From Deltaproteobacteria bacterium (lineage in GTDB: Bacteria > Myxococcota_A > UBA9160 > SMWR01), in assembly GCA_032128115.1 (NCBI GenBank), contig JAQBHB010000082.1:24781-88780 (forward strand): a DNA stretch of 64,000 nt, given 5' to 3'. The notes below the pieces were generated by a model. The model saw nothing but the letters and a program-made list of their open reading frames with translations. It had not been told where the DNA came from and ran no database searches. Shown in pieces: positions 38,635 to 50,305 of the stretch. Within the stretch, counting starts at the first letter, position 1; each line of letters starts with the position of its first letter. A program made the position numbers and the translations under genes.

Positions 38635-39597
38635 CTACAATCCCAGATTGCGGCGGATGCGGGGGACGATCGGCTCCGTGTCGGGCTCGAAGGATCGAGC
38701 GGTGACCTGCTCGTAGGCCTCGATGTAGCGGCGCGCGGCCTCGCAGCGAACCTCGACGGGAATGTCCGGCGGCGCGCCCTGGCCCCTGTAACCCCGCTCG
38801 ATCAGCCAGCGGCGCACGTACTCCTTGTCCAGGGCCTGGGGATCGCCGCCCTGGGAGAGCGCTCGCTCATAGCCGTCGCGGTACCAGTAGCGGGAGGAAT
38901 CGGGCGTGTGGATCTCGTCGATCACCACCAGACGGTCCTGCTCGTCCAGACCGATCTCGTACTTCGTATCCACCAGGATCATGCCCCGGCTCTCGGCCCA
39001 GCGACGGCCACGCTCGAACAGGTTCGCGGTGAGCGTCGCCGCCCGGTCGTAGAGGTCGGCCTCGATCGCGCCTCGCGCGATCAGCTCCTCCCGGGAGGCC
39101 AGCTCGTCGTGAGAGCCCTTCGGCGCCTTGGTGGTGGGTGTGAGCAGCGGTTCGGGCAGGGGCTCGTGCTTGCGGAGACCGTCCGGCAGCCGGTGTCCGC
39201 AATAGCTGCGCTCGCCGCTCTCGTAGGCCGTCCAGATCGAGGTGGGGCTCGAGCCGGTGAGGTAGGCGCGCTGCACGAACTCCACCGGCAGGGGGCGGCA
39301 CTCCAGCACCACGGACACGTTGGGGTCGGGCACGCTCAGCAGGTGGTTGCGGGCCACGTCGGCGGTCTTCTCGAACCAGAACGCCGCCAGCTGGTTCAAC
39401 ACCTGTCCCTTGAAGGGCAGGGTGCTCACCACCACGTCGAAGCAGCTGACGCGGTCCGTGACCACGATGAAACGCTGTTTGTCGCGGATGTAGCTGTCGC
39501 GGACCTTGCCCTCTTCCAGGGTCCCCAGCGACGGGAAGTCCGTTTTCTTCAGGGTCCTCTCGCACTGGTCTCGCAGGAGCGTCAGATCGATCCCCAC
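38635..39597 (-). CDS. purC: SAICAR synthetase (long type)
   Basis: [60 protein letters not shown] 39597 inferred as start. Confidence 0.93.
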   Translation of the reverse strand: MGIDLTLLRDQCERTLKKTDFPSLGTLEEGKVRDSYIRDKQRFIVVTDRVSCFDVVVSTLPFKGQVLNQLAAFWFEKTADVARNHLLSVPDPNVSVVLECRPLPVEFVQRAYLTGSSPTSIWTAYESGERSYCGHRLPDGLRKHEPLPEPLLTPTTKAPKGSHDELASREELIARGAIEADLYDRAATLTANLFERGRRWAESRGMILVDTKYEIGLDEQDRLVVIDEIHTPDSSRYWYRDGYERALSQGGDPQALDKEYVRRWLIERGYRGQGAPPDIPVEVRCEAARRYIEAYEQVTARSFEPDTEPIVPRIRRNLGL

Positions 39598-39691
39598 GCC
39601 GGCCCCCCCATGGCGCCGTTCGTCGAGGCGCACTGGTGATATACGGCTCCCCCCGCTGGGCAGCAAGCTAGAATCCGCCGGTCCGGGTGCC

Positions 39692-40831
39692 ATGCGCGAA
39701 TCCATCGCGACGCCGCTGCGAGCCCTGTTGATCGCATTCGCGGTGGCCCTGCCGATTGCCGCCTCGGAGCTGCTGCTGCGCGCGCGCTTCGCCGAGACCG
39801 CTTTCGTGCCCGGCGCGCACATGCGGGCCGTGCAACAGCTCCTGGCCCTGCATCCGGAGGTGGGTTTCCTGTGGAAGCCCGACATCCGCGTCTCCGATCA
39901 CGTGCTGTTGCCGTGGAACGACCAGGTGGTAGAGCCGCTCTCGACCGATGGCTGGGGCTTCCGCAACGCACCGGCGGCCATCGCCTGGCTCGACGAGGGG
40001 CGGCCGGTGGACGTGGTGGGCCTTGGGGATTCCTTCATGCACGACGCGTCGGGCGTGTTCGCCGAGTTGTTCGCGACGCGCGGCCTCTTCTACTACAGCC
40101 TGGCCATGCACCGTCACTCGCCCCCCCAGTACACCCGCATTCTCGACGCGTACGCCGTGGCATTGAAGCCATTCTCGCTGGTGTATGGCCTCTACGAGAA
40201 CGACTTCCGCGAGGCCCGCGACTTCCATACCTGGGAGCGTTCGGGTCTCGATTGGTTCGAGTACCACTCGGGCACGTGGGCCGGGCCCCCGATCGCCAAC
40301 GGCGCCGCGACCCGTTTCGTGCGGCGTCATTTCCCCGGGAGCTACGGCTTCTACCGCGACCTCACCCGCGAGGGGCGGGCCCGGCGCGAGGCTGAGCTCC
40401 TGGCGGCGGAGGGGCCGGCGGCGTTGCGCGAAGAGGTGCTGCGGGCGGCCGGCCTGGCGCGTGAACACGGGATCCGCCTGCTGGTGGTGTTGATCCCCGG
40501 CAAGCGCAGCGCGCTCGAGGGCGCGACGCCCGAGTTCGTGCTGCTGGAACTGCTCGCTCGGCAGCTTCGCGGCGCGGATCTCCGCGTGCTCGATCTGTTG
40601 CCCATCCTGGCGGATCCGGCCCGGGATCCGGAGTCGCTGTACTACCGGGTCGACTCGCACTGGAATGCCCGCGGCATGCAGGTGGCGGGTGAGGCGATCC
40701 TCGACTCCCTGGCGGCGTCTTCTGGCGGGGGCCCCGATCAGGGGGCGGTGCGCGGCGCGTCGAAGGGGCCACGGGCCCTGGCGCGCCGGGAGGCGCGCTC
40801 GGCCGCTTTGGAATCCCCCGCTCGCCGGTAG
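39692..40831 (+). CDS. SGNH-hydrolase-like (AlgJ/AlgX-type) membrane-anchored protein
   Basis: N-terminal TM, GFRN, LGDSF (block I), END, DSHWN (DxH motif). Confidence 0.72.
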   Translation: MRESIATPLRALLIAFAVALPIAASELLLRARFAETAFVPGAHMRAVQQLLALHPEVGFLWKPDIRVSDHVLLPWNDQVVEPLSTDGWGFRNAPAAIAWLDEGRPVDVVGLGDSFMHDASGVFAELFATRGLFYYSLAMHRHSPPQYTRILDAYAVALKPFSLVYGLYENDFREARDFHTWERSGLDWFEYHSGTWAGPPIANGAATRFVRRHFPGSYGFYRDLTREGRARREAELLAAEGPAALREEVLRAAGLAREHGIRLLVVLIPGKRSALEGATPEFVLLELLARQLRGADLRVLDLLPILADPARDPESLYYRVDSHWNARGMQVAGEAILDSLAASSGGGPDQGAVRGASKGPRALARREARSAALESPARR

Positions 40832-42576
40832 GCGATGGCCTTCGCATGGTACAGGTCACGCCAGCGGCGCGGGTTTGCATCGAGGCCGCTGTCGATGGTG
40901 TTCTCGAGAGCGGCTACGTCGCCCAGGCTGGCGTGCAACATCGCGAGCTGGGCCCAGGCCGCGATCCGGAGCGGATCGTGTGCGAGCTGCGATTCCACCA
41001 GGCGGATCGCTGCCGGAACGTCTCCTGCGAGCATCGCCCGGTGCGCGTTCTCCTCGTAGAAGTCGGGCAGTTCTCGGAGCTCGTCGATCACGGTCTCGGC
41101 GCGGGCGGCCAGGGGCGAGCCCGGCGGCAGCAGCACCACTGCGCCCGAGTCGCGATAGACAGCGGTCCACGGCTCCGGCAGCTGTTCCAGGCCGGCCGAC
41201 AAGCGGCCGGGAATCAGCAGGGCGGCGTCGGCCGGGTGGCGTGCCACGATCTCGTCCCAGCCCGGCTCGAGGCGCCGCAGGCTGCGCGCCTCGACGAAGA
41301 AGGCGTCGTCGTAGAGCGTATTGGCGCGGCCATCGATGAAGACCTGCGTTCCGGGCAGGTGCAGCATCACGTAGCCCCCCCAGGCGTACTCGTTGAGCAG
41401 GCGCCCCGGCGGCCCGAGTGCTCGCAGGTAGCGCACCGCTGCCTCGGGATAGCGGTCGCGCCCGGTCCAGCGGCCCAGCAGGTCCGGTTGGAGTCGCACC
41501 GGGTGCCACAGCGCGACGGCCGCCACGGCCGCCGCCGCGGTGGCAGCCCAGGCGATTGCCGGCGAGCCGAGTCGCGCCGCGTGCGCGGTCAACTCCCGAC
41601 GCGCGGCGTCCACGGCCAGGGCCAGCGCCGGAGCCGACGCGATCGCGAACAGCGGGATGAAGCGCCGGGAGGTGGCGGCCATGGCGAACGTCACGAGGGC
41701 GAGCACCGCCAGGGCGGGCTCGCGGCGGAGCATCCGGGGGAGGCCCGCGGCCACGAACAGTGAGAGCCAGAAGAAACGGCCCGCGAAGTCGCGCGGATCG
41801 AGCGAGAAACCCGGTGCGTGCCACTCGAGGATGTTGCGGTATGGCGAGGCGGCGTCCAGATACTGGAGTGGATAGTCCAGGATGCCCAGGCCCCAGGGAT
41901 TGACGAGCCAGGCGGCCAGACACAGGCCGAGCGTCAGGGCGTCGCGGGCGGTCAGGGCGTCGCGGGCGGAAAGTCGCGGGCGACCCGTCTGGCGACCGGC
42001 GGAAAGACCGTGGCCCGCGGTGAGCAGCCCGATCATCCCCAGGCCAAACAGGAAGCCGCCGTGGAGGTTGGCCCAGGCCGCCATCAGGCCCGGCCACAGC
42101 CACACCCGTGCGGGGCGATCGCGGGTCGCCACGACGATCATCACGAACAACAGGGTGAACAGGTGGGGGCGGATGTCGAAGAACCAGTGGCTCGTGGCCG
42201 CCGCTCCCCACAGCGCCAGGCCAGCGGCAAACAGCGACCCGGAAATCTGGCTCGTCACGCGGAGCAGCAGGGCGAACAGAGCCGCGAGGACCGCCAGGTT
42301 CGCCCAGGCCAGGCCCTGGGGCGAGGCGGCATGGACCTGCCAGGCGCCCGCATCCCACAACCACTCGTGGTTCAGCCACTCGCGGCCGTGGAAACTGTAC
42401 GAGAAGGAGTCGTGGGAAGGCGGCGCGCCCTCGTCCACGATCTCGCGTCCCGCGGCCAGGTGCCACCACAGGTCCGAGCCGGTCGCGTCGGGCTGGGTAA
42501 AGGCCAGCGCGCCCAGCACCAGCGCCGTCGCCGCGGCGGCGCGCTGCCATCGCTTCGATCGCTGCAACGGGTTCAT
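40738..42576 (-). CDS. Polytopic membrane protein, probable GT-C-fold glycosyltransferase, with C-terminal TPR
   Basis: DLWWHLAAGREIV...DSFSY...WLNHEWL, RPHLFT, WANLHGGF, NEYAWGGY...VFIDGR, C-terminal TPR-like helices. Confidence 0.65.
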   Translation of the reverse strand: MNPLQRSKRWQRAAAATALVLGALAFTQPDATGSDLWWHLAAGREIVDEGAPPSHDSFSYSFHGREWLNHEWLWDAGAWQVHAASPQGLAWANLAVLAALFALLLRVTSQISGSLFAAGLALWGAAATSHWFFDIRPHLFTLLFVMIVVATRDRPARVWLWPGLMAAWANLHGGFLFGLGMIGLLTAGHGLSAGRQTGRPRLSARDALTARDALTLGLCLAAWLVNPWGLGILDYPLQYLDAASPYRNILEWHAPGFSLDPRDFAGRFFWLSLFVAAGLPRMLRREPALAVLALVTFAMAATSRRFIPLFAIASAPALALAVDAARRELTAHAARLGSPAIAWAATAAAAVAAVALWHPVRLQPDLLGRWTGRDRYPEAAVRYLRALGPPGRLLNEYAWGGYVMLHLPGTQVFIDGRANTLYDDAFFVEARSLRRLEPGWDEIVARHPADAALLIPGRLSAGLEQLPEPWTAVYRDSGAVVLLPPGSPLAARAETVIDELRELPDFYEENAHRAMLAGDVPAAIRLVESQLAHDPLRIAAWAQLAMLHASLGDVAALENTIDSGLDANPRRWRDLYHAKAIAYRRAGDSKAAERASRRARARGPFDAPRTAP

Positions 42577-42686
42577 GCCGGATTCATGGCTTCGTTCGGC
42601 CTGCACCCGGCTCGGAAACGTGCGATAACCGGCCGCGGCGCAGGCGCGACGATAACCCAGGGACCCCCCGCGGAGGCGGCCGGAGA

Positions 42687-44381
42687 TTGAACGGGAGATT
42701 GAACGAGGCAGGACGGATCGCCCTCCGAGCACTCCCGTGGCTCGCCTTCGCACTCGCGTGCGGGCCCCTGCTGTCGGGTGGCTTCAGCCGCGGCCACGAC
42801 TGGAGCTTCGAGCTGGTGCGGGTGGCCGAGTATCAGGCGGCTCTCGCCGCCGGCCAGTGGCTGCCGCACTGGGCGGAGAACCTGTACGCGGGCTACGGAT
42901 CGCCGGTCTTCGTTTTCTACGCGCCGCTCTTCTCCGGTGCGGCGGCCCTGCTGGCCTGGCTTCTGGGCTCCGTGGCCAGCGGCGCCTGCGCCGCCCTGAT
43001 CGCATTCACGGCCCTGTCCGTGTGGACGTGCCGGGGCATGGGTGCATCCGCCTGCGGTCCGCACGGCGGGCCGGCCGCGGCCGCCGCCGCGCGCGTGGGG
43101 GTCTACGTCTATGTGCTGCACCCGTACCTGCTTGGCGACAAGTTCCTGCGCAATGCCGACGCGGAGTTCGCGGCCCTGTGTCTCGTGCCCCTGGTGGTCT
43201 GGGGAGTCTTCGAAGCGCGCGAGCGGCCGCGCGCGGCCTTCGTCCGGGTCTCGTTGGGACTGGCGCTCTCGATCGTTGCCCACAACCTGACGGCTCTGGT
43301 GGCCATGGGACTGGCGCTGGCCGCGGCGATTCTGGATGCGGGCGGTCGAACGCGTGGCAGCGTTCGGGCTCTGGCGGCAGCTGTGGGCTTCGGCCTGCTG
43401 CTGTCGGCCTTCTTCTGGGTGCCGGCGTTGGCGCTGTCGTCCTGGGTTCGCATGGAGGAACTGCTCACCGGAAAGTTCGACTTCCACCGCCAGTTTTCCG
43501 ATCCCGGCAGCCTGTTCGGATATGCGCGCTTCTACGCCACGGGCTGGCTGACCCCGGCCGCGCTGCTCGCGGCCGGGGTGGCTGCCGTTCGCGTCGGGCC
43601 CGGGCGGCGGCGCCGGATCCTGTTGGGAACCGGGGCGGGGGCCGCCGCTCTGATCTGGCTCGCAACGCCCGCGAGCACGCGCGTCTGGGAGACCCTGCCC
43701 CTGCTGCCACTCTTCCAGTTTCCATGGCGCATGCTGGGTCCGCTGGCGCTGGTGACGGCCCTGGCGGCAGCTCTGGCATTCCGCGCGCTGCTGGCCGACG
43801 CGCGACCCGCGGGGCGGATCGCCGCCGAGCTGTTCGTCTTCGCAGTCTGTGCGGCGAATGCGCTGCCGCTGTTGACCCGCGTCGAGCCGCTTCCCGCAGC
43901 GGTGAAGACGCAGCTGGCCGAGTGGCTCTCGCCCCAAGCGGTGCGTCGGGGCCGCCAGTCGGTCACGGTGGGCGACGAGTACATCCCCCGCGGCGCCGCC
44001 CCGGGCGTCTGGGAGCCGCGTCGCGGCGACGCGCCGGCGATTGCGGTCCTGTCGGGAGACGCCTCGGTCGACGCGATCCACGAGCGGGGGTCCTGGGTCG
44101 AATTCCGGGTCCGCACGGAATCGCCGGCCCGCCTGCGCGCGGCGCGCTGGGCCTTCCCGGGGTGGCGTCTCGAGTTCGACGGGAGTGCGGCCGATTGGCG
44201 GAGTGGGTCCGACGGAGCTCTCGAGATGGAGGTGCCCGCGGGCGAAACCCGGGTGTCGCTGCGCCGCCGGGCCCCCGCGGTGCGCCGCGGCGCCCTGGCG
44301 GTGAGCGCCCTGGCCGCGCTCGCCGGATTCGGAGGCCTGGCCTGGGAATCCCGGCGCCGGCGGGAGAACGGCGTCTCGTAG
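42687..44381 (+). CDS. Polytopic membrane protein of the PTPS-related/YfhO-like (GT-C-like) family
   Basis: GHD loop, [32 protein letters not shown] in the C-terminal soluble domain and a final TM; start could be TTG 42687 or 42699. Confidence 0.65.
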   Translation: MNGRLNEAGRIALRALPWLAFALACGPLLSGGFSRGHDWSFELVRVAEYQAALAAGQWLPHWAENLYAGYGSPVFVFYAPLFSGAAALLAWLLGSVASGACAALIAFTALSVWTCRGMGASACGPHGGPAAAAAARVGVYVYVLHPYLLGDKFLRNADAEFAALCLVPLVVWGVFEARERPRAAFVRVSLGLALSIVAHNLTALVAMGLALAAAILDAGGRTRGSVRALAAAVGFGLLLSAFFWVPALALSSWVRMEELLTGKFDFHRQFSDPGSLFGYARFYATGWLTPAALLAAGVAAVRVGPGRRRRILLGTGAGAAALIWLATPASTRVWETLPLLPLFQFPWRMLGPLALVTALAAALAFRALLADARPAGRIAAELFVFAVCAANALPLLTRVEPLPAAVKTQLAEWLSPQAVRRGRQSVTVGDEYIPRGAAPGVWEPRRGDAPAIAVLSGDASVDAIHERGSWVEFRVRTESPARLRAARWAFPGWRLEFDGSAADWRSGSDGALEMEVPAGETRVSLRRRAPAVRRGALAVSALAALAGFGGLAWESRRRRENGVS

Positions 44382-44498
44382 CGAGGGCTGCCCTCGCTTG
44401 TTCGCGTCCCCCTCCGCCGGTACCATGCGTGCGTCCCAACTTCAGCGGCGTCGACACCGGGCGGGGAGGGCCCCGCCGACCGGCAATCGAGGTTTCCC

Positions 44499-45197
44499 TT
44501 GCTGGCCGTGGTGCAGTTCCCGGGATCCAACGACGACCGCGACATGCGGTTTGCACTGAAGAGCGTCCTGGGCGCGGACGCCCGGCTCGTCTGGCACAAG
44601 GACCGGGAGCTTCCGGCCGCAACCACTGCGGTGGTCTGCCCCGGTGGCTTCTCCTACGGCGACTATCTGCGCGCCGGCGCCATGGCCAGGTTCTCGCCGC
44701 TCATGGCCGCGGTGAAACGCTTTGCCGACGCCGGGGGGCCCGTCCTGGGTGTCTGCAATGGCTTCCAGGTGTTGTGCGAATCGGGGCTGCTTCCCGGAGC
44801 CCTGGTTCGCAACCACAATCTGCACTTCGTGTGCGAGTTCGTCTACGTCCGGGTCGAGCGCAGTCTGGCGCCGTTCACGTCGCGTGCGCGCGAAGGGCAG
44901 GTGCTGCGGCTCCCGATCAAGCACGGCGAAGGCGCGTACGTAGCGTCGCCGCAGCTGCTTGCGCGGCTGGAGGCGAATGGCCAGATCCGCCTGCGCTACT
45001 GCACCGCGAACGCTGGCGTCGCGGAAGCCGCCAACCCCAATGGAAGCGTTGCCAACGTGGCCGGGATCGCGAACGAGCGCGGCAACGTGATGGGGCTCAT
45101 GCCCCATCCCGAGCATGCGGTGGAGACGCGGATCGGAGGCCTGGACGGCGTCGCGATCCTGGGCTCGCTGGTGGACGCAGTGGCAGGTGCCCGGTGA
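44499..45197 (+). CDS. purQ: FGAM synthase glutaminase subunit PurQ
   Basis: [39 protein letters not shown]. Confidence 0.95.
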   Translation: MLAVVQFPGSNDDRDMRFALKSVLGADARLVWHKDRELPAATTAVVCPGGFSYGDYLRAGAMARFSPLMAAVKRFADAGGPVLGVCNGFQVLCESGLLPGALVRNHNLHFVCEFVYVRVERSLAPFTSRAREGQVLRLPIKHGEGAYVASPQLLARLEANGQIRLRYCTANAGVAEAANPNGSVANVAGIANERGNVMGLMPHPEHAVETRIGGLDGVAILGSLVDAVAGAR

Positions 45198-47449
45198 GCG
45201 AGCCCCGGGTCGACCTGGCGCTGGCCCTCGAACACGGGCTTACCGACGCCGAATACCAGCAGATCCTCGAGATCCTGGGGCGCACGCCCAGCTACTCCGA
45301 ACTCGGGATCTTCTCGGTGATGTGGGCCGAGCACTGCTCCTACAAATCGAGCAAGAAGTACCTGAAGAAGCTCCCCACCCGGGCGGAACACGTGCTGCAC
45401 GGGCCCGGAGAGAACGCTGGCGTGGTTTCGATCGGCGACGGACTCGCGGCAGTGTTCAAGATCGAGAGCCACAACCACCCCTCCTTCATCGAGCCGGTCC
45501 AGGGGGCGGCCACCGGCGTGGGCGGCATCCTGCGCGACGTGTTCACCATGGGTGCGCGCCCGGTGGCCTCGCTGAACTCGATCCGGTTCGGACCGCTCAG
45601 CGATCCCCGGCACCGCTACCTGCTCAATGGGGTGGTCGAAGGCATCGGCGGCTACGGCAATGCGGTGGGCGTGGCGACGGTCGGGGGCGAGACGAGCTTC
45701 CACGAGTGCTACCGCGGCAACATCCTGGTCAACGCCTTCAGCCTGGGCCTGGTGGAGACCGACAAGATCTTTCTCGCCCAGGCGACGGGCGTGGGCAATC
45801 CGGTCATCTACGTGGGGAGCAAGACCGGCCGCGACGGAATCCACGGCGCCAGCCTGCTGGCCTCGTCCGAGTTCGACGAGGAGACCGAGGCCAAGCGGCC
45901 CACGGTCCAGGTAGGGGATCCCTTTACTGAAAAATGTCTGATCGAGGCCTGTCTGGAGTTGATGGCCACCGACGCCATCGTGGGAATCCAGGACATGGGA
46001 GCCGCCGGCCTCACCTGCTCCTCGTTCGAGATGGCCAGCAACTCCGGCACGGGAATCGATCTGGACCTGGATCGGGTGCCCCAGCGCGAAACCAACATGA
46101 CGCCCTATGAGCTGCTGCTCTCCGAGAGCCAGGAGCGCATGCTCCTGGTGGCGCGCCAGGGCCAGGAAGATCGCGTGCGTGAGATCTTCGAACGCTGGGA
46201 CCTGGATGCGGTGGTGGTGGGGAGCGTGACGCCCGACGGCCGCATGCGGGTTCGTCACGGGGGGCGGGTGGTGGTGGACATCCCCGTGGACCCGGTGGCG
46301 AAGAGCGCTCCCGAACTCGACCGCCCGATTCGCGAGCCTGCCGATCTACGCGAGCGCCAGAAGCTCGATCTGGCCGCGGTGACGCCCGAAGAGGACCCCG
46401 GGGCGGCCCTGGAGGCCCTGCTGGATTCGCCCAACCTGGGCTCGAAGGAGTGGGTGTATCGCCAGTACGATCAGCTCGTACAGGGCGACACAGTGATCGG
46501 ACCCGGGGGCGACGCGGCCCTGATCCGCGTGAGGCGGGAGGATGGGACGGATACGGGCAAGGGCCTGGCGCTCGCCGTGGACTGCAATTCCCGCTGGTGC
46601 TGGCTCGACCCCTACCTGGGCGCCATGGCCGCAGTGGCGGAGGCGGCGCGAAACGTGGCGTGCACGGGCGCGCGGCCCCTGGCCCTCACCAATTGCCTCA
46701 ACTTCGGCAATCCGGAGAAGCCCGAGATCATGTGGGAGTTCGCCGAGGCCACGCGGGGCCTCTCCGAGGCGGCCGTTGCCCTCGGCACGCCGGTGGTGTC
46801 GGGCAACGTCTCCTTCTACAACGAGACCTCGGGTCGGGCCATCTATCCCACGCCCACGATCGCGGTGGTGGGGCTCCTCGAAGACTGGCCGCGCCACGCC
46901 GCGGCGGCCTTCCCTGATGCGGGGCTGGCCGTGGTGCTGCTTGGCGACACCTGCGAGGAGCTGGGGGGCAGCGAGTGGCTGGCCCTGCGCCGGGGGCTCG
47001 AGGCGGGGCACCCGCCCGCGGTGGACCTGGATCACGAGCAACGCCTGATCTCGTTGCTGGTGGAGGGCGTGGCGGCCGGGATCGTCCGCAGTGCCCACGA
47101 CGTGTCCGACGGGGGCCTGGCGGTGGCCCTGGCCGAGTGCGCGTTCGTGGGCCGAGAGCCCGTGGGCGCCGAGATCACCCTGTCCGACAGCATCCGCCCC
47201 GACGCCCTGCTCTTTGGCGAATCCACCGGCCGCGTGATCACCACCACCACCGATCCAGACGCCCTGCTTGCGCGGGCCCGCGACAGGGGTGTCCCGGCGC
47301 GCCAGGTGGGCGAGACTGGTGGCTCGCGTCTGGTGATCGGCGCGCCCGAGCGCGCGCCCTGGATCGATGCATCGGTGTTGCGCCTGCAGGCGCTCTGGGC
47401 ACGGGCGATTCCGCGTCGCCTCGAGGCCCGGGAACAGGAGACTTCGTGA
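45194..47449 (+). CDS. purL: FGAM synthase subunit PurL (small type)
   Basis: [53 protein letters not shown] 45194 overlaps the purQ stop. Confidence 0.96.
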   Translation: MSEPRVDLALALEHGLTDAEYQQILEILGRTPSYSELGIFSVMWAEHCSYKSSKKYLKKLPTRAEHVLHGPGENAGVVSIGDGLAAVFKIESHNHPSFIEPVQGAATGVGGILRDVFTMGARPVASLNSIRFGPLSDPRHRYLLNGVVEGIGGYGNAVGVATVGGETSFHECYRGNILVNAFSLGLVETDKIFLAQATGVGNPVIYVGSKTGRDGIHGASLLASSEFDEETEAKRPTVQVGDPFTEKCLIEACLELMATDAIVGIQDMGAAGLTCSSFEMASNSGTGIDLDLDRVPQRETNMTPYELLLSESQERMLLVARQGQEDRVREIFERWDLDAVVVGSVTPDGRMRVRHGGRVVVDIPVDPVAKSAPELDRPIREPADLRERQKLDLAAVTPEEDPGAALEALLDSPNLGSKEWVYRQYDQLVQGDTVIGPGGDAALIRVRREDGTDTGKGLALAVDCNSRWCWLDPYLGAMAAVAEAARNVACTGARPLALTNCLNFGNPEKPEIMWEFAEATRGLSEAAVALGTPVVSGNVSFYNETSGRAIYPTPTIAVVGLLEDWPRHAAAAFPDAGLAVVLLGDTCEELGGSEWLALRRGLEAGHPPAVDLDHEQRLISLLVEGVAAGIVRSAHDVSDGGLAVALAECAFVGREPVGAEITLSDSIRPDALLFGESTGRVITTTTDPDALLARARDRGVPARQVGETGGSRLVIGAPERAPWIDASVLRLQALWARAIPRRLEAREQETS

Positions 47450-48912
47450 CCGATCGCCTGGTGCTACCCGAAGAACTCGCGCGCGCCCACGAGCGCGACC
47501 ACTTCCAGGACGAATGCGGCGTGTTCGGGATCCATGGGCACCCGGAGGCCGCTCACATCACCTACCTGGGTCTCTACGCCCTGCAGCACCGCGGCCAGGA
47601 GAGCACGGGCATCGTCTCCACCAATGGGCACGAACACTTCGCCCACCGCGCCATGGGTCTCGTGGCCGATTCCTTCAACGAGAGAACCCTGGACAAGCTT
47701 CCGGGGCGCCACGCCATCGGCCACGTTCGCTACTCGACCGCCGGCGGCAGCCAGCTTCGCAACGCCCAGCCCTTCTACGCCGCCACCGACGGCGGGCCGG
47801 TGGCCATGGCCCACAACGGCAATCTGGTGAACGCCCTGGCCGTCCGCCACGAGCTCGAGGGGCGCGGCGCCATCTTCAGCACCACCGCAGACAGTGAAGT
47901 GATCGTGCAGCTGCTGGCGCGCTCTCGCGAGCGGTCCCAGGAGGAGCGCCTGATCGACGCCCTGTCCCGGGTGCGCGGCGCCTATAGCCTGGTGCTTCTC
48001 ACGAGCGACTCCCTGATCGCCGCTCGCGATCCCAACGGCTTCCGGCCCTTGAGCCTGGGGCGCCTGGACGGCGCCTGGGTGGCGGCCAGCGAAACCTGCG
48101 CCCTGGACCTGATCGGCGCCACCTTCGAACGCGACCTGGCGCCGGGGGAGGTGGTCGTGATCCGGCGCGGGCGCATTCGCAGCCTGCGCCCCTTCAAGCA
48201 GGCCACCCGGGAGACCTTCTGCATCTTCGAGCACATCTACTTCGCGCGACCCGACTCGAACCTGAACCGCCAGAACGTCTACACCTTTCGCAAGGAGCTG
48301 GGCCGCGTGCTGGCCCGGGAGAGCCCGGCGAACGCCGATCTGGTGGTGCCGGTGCTCGCGTCCGGTGACCCGGCGGCGCTTGGCTACGCCGAGGAGTCGG
48401 GCATTCCCTACGAACAGGCCATCATCCGCAACCACTTCGTGCGGCGTACCTTCATCGAGCCGGCCCAGGCCATCCGGCATTTCGGTGTCAAGGTGAAGCA
48501 CAACGCGGTGCGCGGCCTGATCGAGGGCAAGCGGGTCGTGCTCGTAGACGACTCCATCGTGCGGGGCACGACGTTGATCAAGATCGTGGCCATGATCCGC
48601 GCCTCCGGGGCCCGCGAGGTGCACCTGCGCATCTCGGCGCCTCCCACCATCGGGCCGTGCCACTACGGAATCGACACGCCCACCCGGGCGGAGCTGATTG
48701 CCCACGAGAACTCGGTGGACGACATCTGCCGGATCGTGGGCGCGGATTCGCTTGGCTATCTGTCGCTCGAGGGTCTGCGGCGCACGGCGGAGTGTCTCAA
48801 GCACGGCTTCTGCGACGCCTGCTTCTCCGACGACTACCCGATCCCGGTGGAGCCTCCGGACGGCCCGCCCCAGATGTCGCTGTTCCGGGACGTTTCGGAA
48901 GACGTCGACTAG
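47446..48912 (+). CDS. purF: Amidophosphoribosyltransferase (Fe-S type, with propeptide)
   Basis: [41 protein letters not shown] and CDAC. Confidence 0.96.
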   Translation: MTDRLVLPEELARAHERDHFQDECGVFGIHGHPEAAHITYLGLYALQHRGQESTGIVSTNGHEHFAHRAMGLVADSFNERTLDKLPGRHAIGHVRYSTAGGSQLRNAQPFYAATDGGPVAMAHNGNLVNALAVRHELEGRGAIFSTTADSEVIVQLLARSRERSQEERLIDALSRVRGAYSLVLLTSDSLIAARDPNGFRPLSLGRLDGAWVAASETCALDLIGATFERDLAPGEVVVIRRGRIRSLRPFKQATRETFCIFEHIYFARPDSNLNRQNVYTFRKELGRVLARESPANADLVVPVLASGDPAALGYAEESGIPYEQAIIRNHFVRRTFIEPAQAIRHFGVKVKHNAVRGLIEGKRVVLVDDSIVRGTTLIKIVAMIRASGAREVHLRISAPPTIGPCHYGIDTPTRAELIAHENSVDDICRIVGADSLGYLSLEGLRRTAECLKHGFCDACFSDDYPIPVEPPDGPPQMSLFRDVSEDVD

Positions 48913-48913
48913 C

Positions 48914-50305
48914 GTGTCCGACGTGGTGCGCGGCATGCTGAGTCTCGGAGATCTCGAACGCGGGATCACCGAGGGCAGCCTGGACACGGTGATCACCGCC
49001 GTGCCGGATCTGTACGGCCGCCTGGTGGGCAAGCGCATCCACGGTCGCTTCTTCCTGGACGAGGTGGTCGCCCACGGCATGCACGTCTGCGACTACCTGC
49101 TGGCCTGTGACATGGAGATGGACCCGACCCCCGGCTACGCATTCGCCAGCTGGGATCGGGGCTACGGCGACGTGCACTGTGTGCCCGACCTGGCAACCCT
49201 GCGCGTGGCCTCCTGGCTCGACCGCACGGCCGTGGTGCTGTGCGATGCGGTCACGGAAACGGGCGGCGAGCCCATCGCGGTGGCGCCGCGCACGATCCTG
49301 GCGCGTCAGATCGAGGCGGCGCGGACCCGGGGTCTGCACGCGAAGATGGGCAGCGAGCTCGAGTTCTTCCTGTTCAAGGACAGCTACGCCGAGGCCGGCG
49401 CCAAGGGCTACCGCGAGCTCGCGACGTGGCAGCGCTACATCGAGGACTACCACGTGCTGTCGAGCACGTTCGCGGAGCCGGTCATTGGCGAGATCCGCCG
49501 CCACGTGGACGCCTCGGGCATCCCGGTGGAGTTCAGCAAGGGCGAGTGGGGACCCGGCCAGCACGAGATCAACCTGCGCTACGCGCCCGCCCTCGAGATG
49601 GCCGACCGCCACGTGATCTACAAGCTGGCGGCCAAGGAGATCGCGGCCGCGGCCGGCGGCTCGCTCACCTTCATGGCCAAATGGCACGAGGACTGTGCGG
49701 GCAGCAGCCTCCACGTCCACACCAGCCTGTGGGGCGAGGGCGGAGAGTCGGCCTTTTCCGGCGACGACCCGCTGCCCGGAGCGCCGGTGCGGTCGTCGGC
49801 CAGCTTCCGGGGATTCCTGGGGGGATTGCTCGAGCACGCCCGCGAGCTGGCCTGGTTCTTCGCGCCCACCGTGAATGCCTACAAGCGCTATCGGCCGGGA
49901 ACCTTCGCCCCCACCGGCCTGGCCTGGAGCTACGACAACCGCACGGCGGGCTTCCGGGTGGTGGGGCAGGGGGCCTCCTTGCGAGTGGAATGCCGGATCC
50001 CTGGAGCCGACGCGAATCCGTACCTGGCGTACGCGGCCCTGCTGGCGGCCGGGCTCGACGGGATCGAGCGCGGACTCGATCCCGGCCCGGCCTTCGTGGG
50101 CGACGTGTACAACGCGGCCAACCTGCCTCATGTGCCGGGCAGCCTGCGGGAGGCCATCGCCCTGCTCGAAAACAGCGCCTTCGCCCGCCGGGCCTTTGGC
50201 GACCCGGTGATCGATCACCTGCTCCATTTCGCTCGCACGGAGCAGACGGTGTTCGACACCCTCGTCAGCGACACCGAGCGTGCCCGCTACTTCGAGAGAA
50301 TCTGA
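48914..50305 (+). CDS. Glutamine synthetase-like gamma-glutamyl-amine ligase (GlnA4-like)
   Basis: GRLVGKR, CDYLLACDMEM...GYGD, ELEFFLF, GEWGPGQHEIN, TFMAK, HVHTSL, DNRT, ECRIPGADANPY. Confidence 0.85.
   Translation: MSDVVRGMLSLGDLERGITEGSLDTVITAVPDLYGRLVGKRIHGRFFLDEVVAHGMHVCDYLLACDMEMDPTPGYAFASWDRGYGDVHCVPDLATLRVASWLDRTAVVLCDAVTETGGEPIAVAPRTILARQIEAARTRGLHAKMGSELEFFLFKDSYAEAGAKGYRELATWQRYIEDYHVLSSTFAEPVIGEIRRHVDASGIPVEFSKGEWGPGQHEINLRYAPALEMADRHVIYKLAAKEIAAAAGGSLTFMAKWHEDCAGSSLHVHTSLWGEGGESAFSGDDPLPGAPVRSSASFRGFLGGLLEHARELAWFFAPTVNAYKRYRPGTFAPTGLAWSYDNRTAGFRVVGQGASLRVECRIPGADANPYLAYAALLAAGLDGIERGLDPGPAFVGDVYNAANLPHVPGSLREAIALLENSAFARRAFGDPVIDHLLHFARTEQTVFDTLVSDTERARYFERI

Noticed and set aside
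42737..47449. 1570-aa ORF suggesting a giant PurL fusion
   Set aside because: The first 819 codons are an Arg/Gly/Pro-rich off-frame shadow of the membrane protein and purQ; PurL starts at GTG 45194, coupled to the purQ stop.
48914..50305. Housekeeping glutamine synthetase glnA
   Set aside because: The N-terminal signature (CDYLLACDMEM...WDRGYGD) and the neighbouring SDR fit gamma-glutamyl-amine ligases, so no gene symbol is given.
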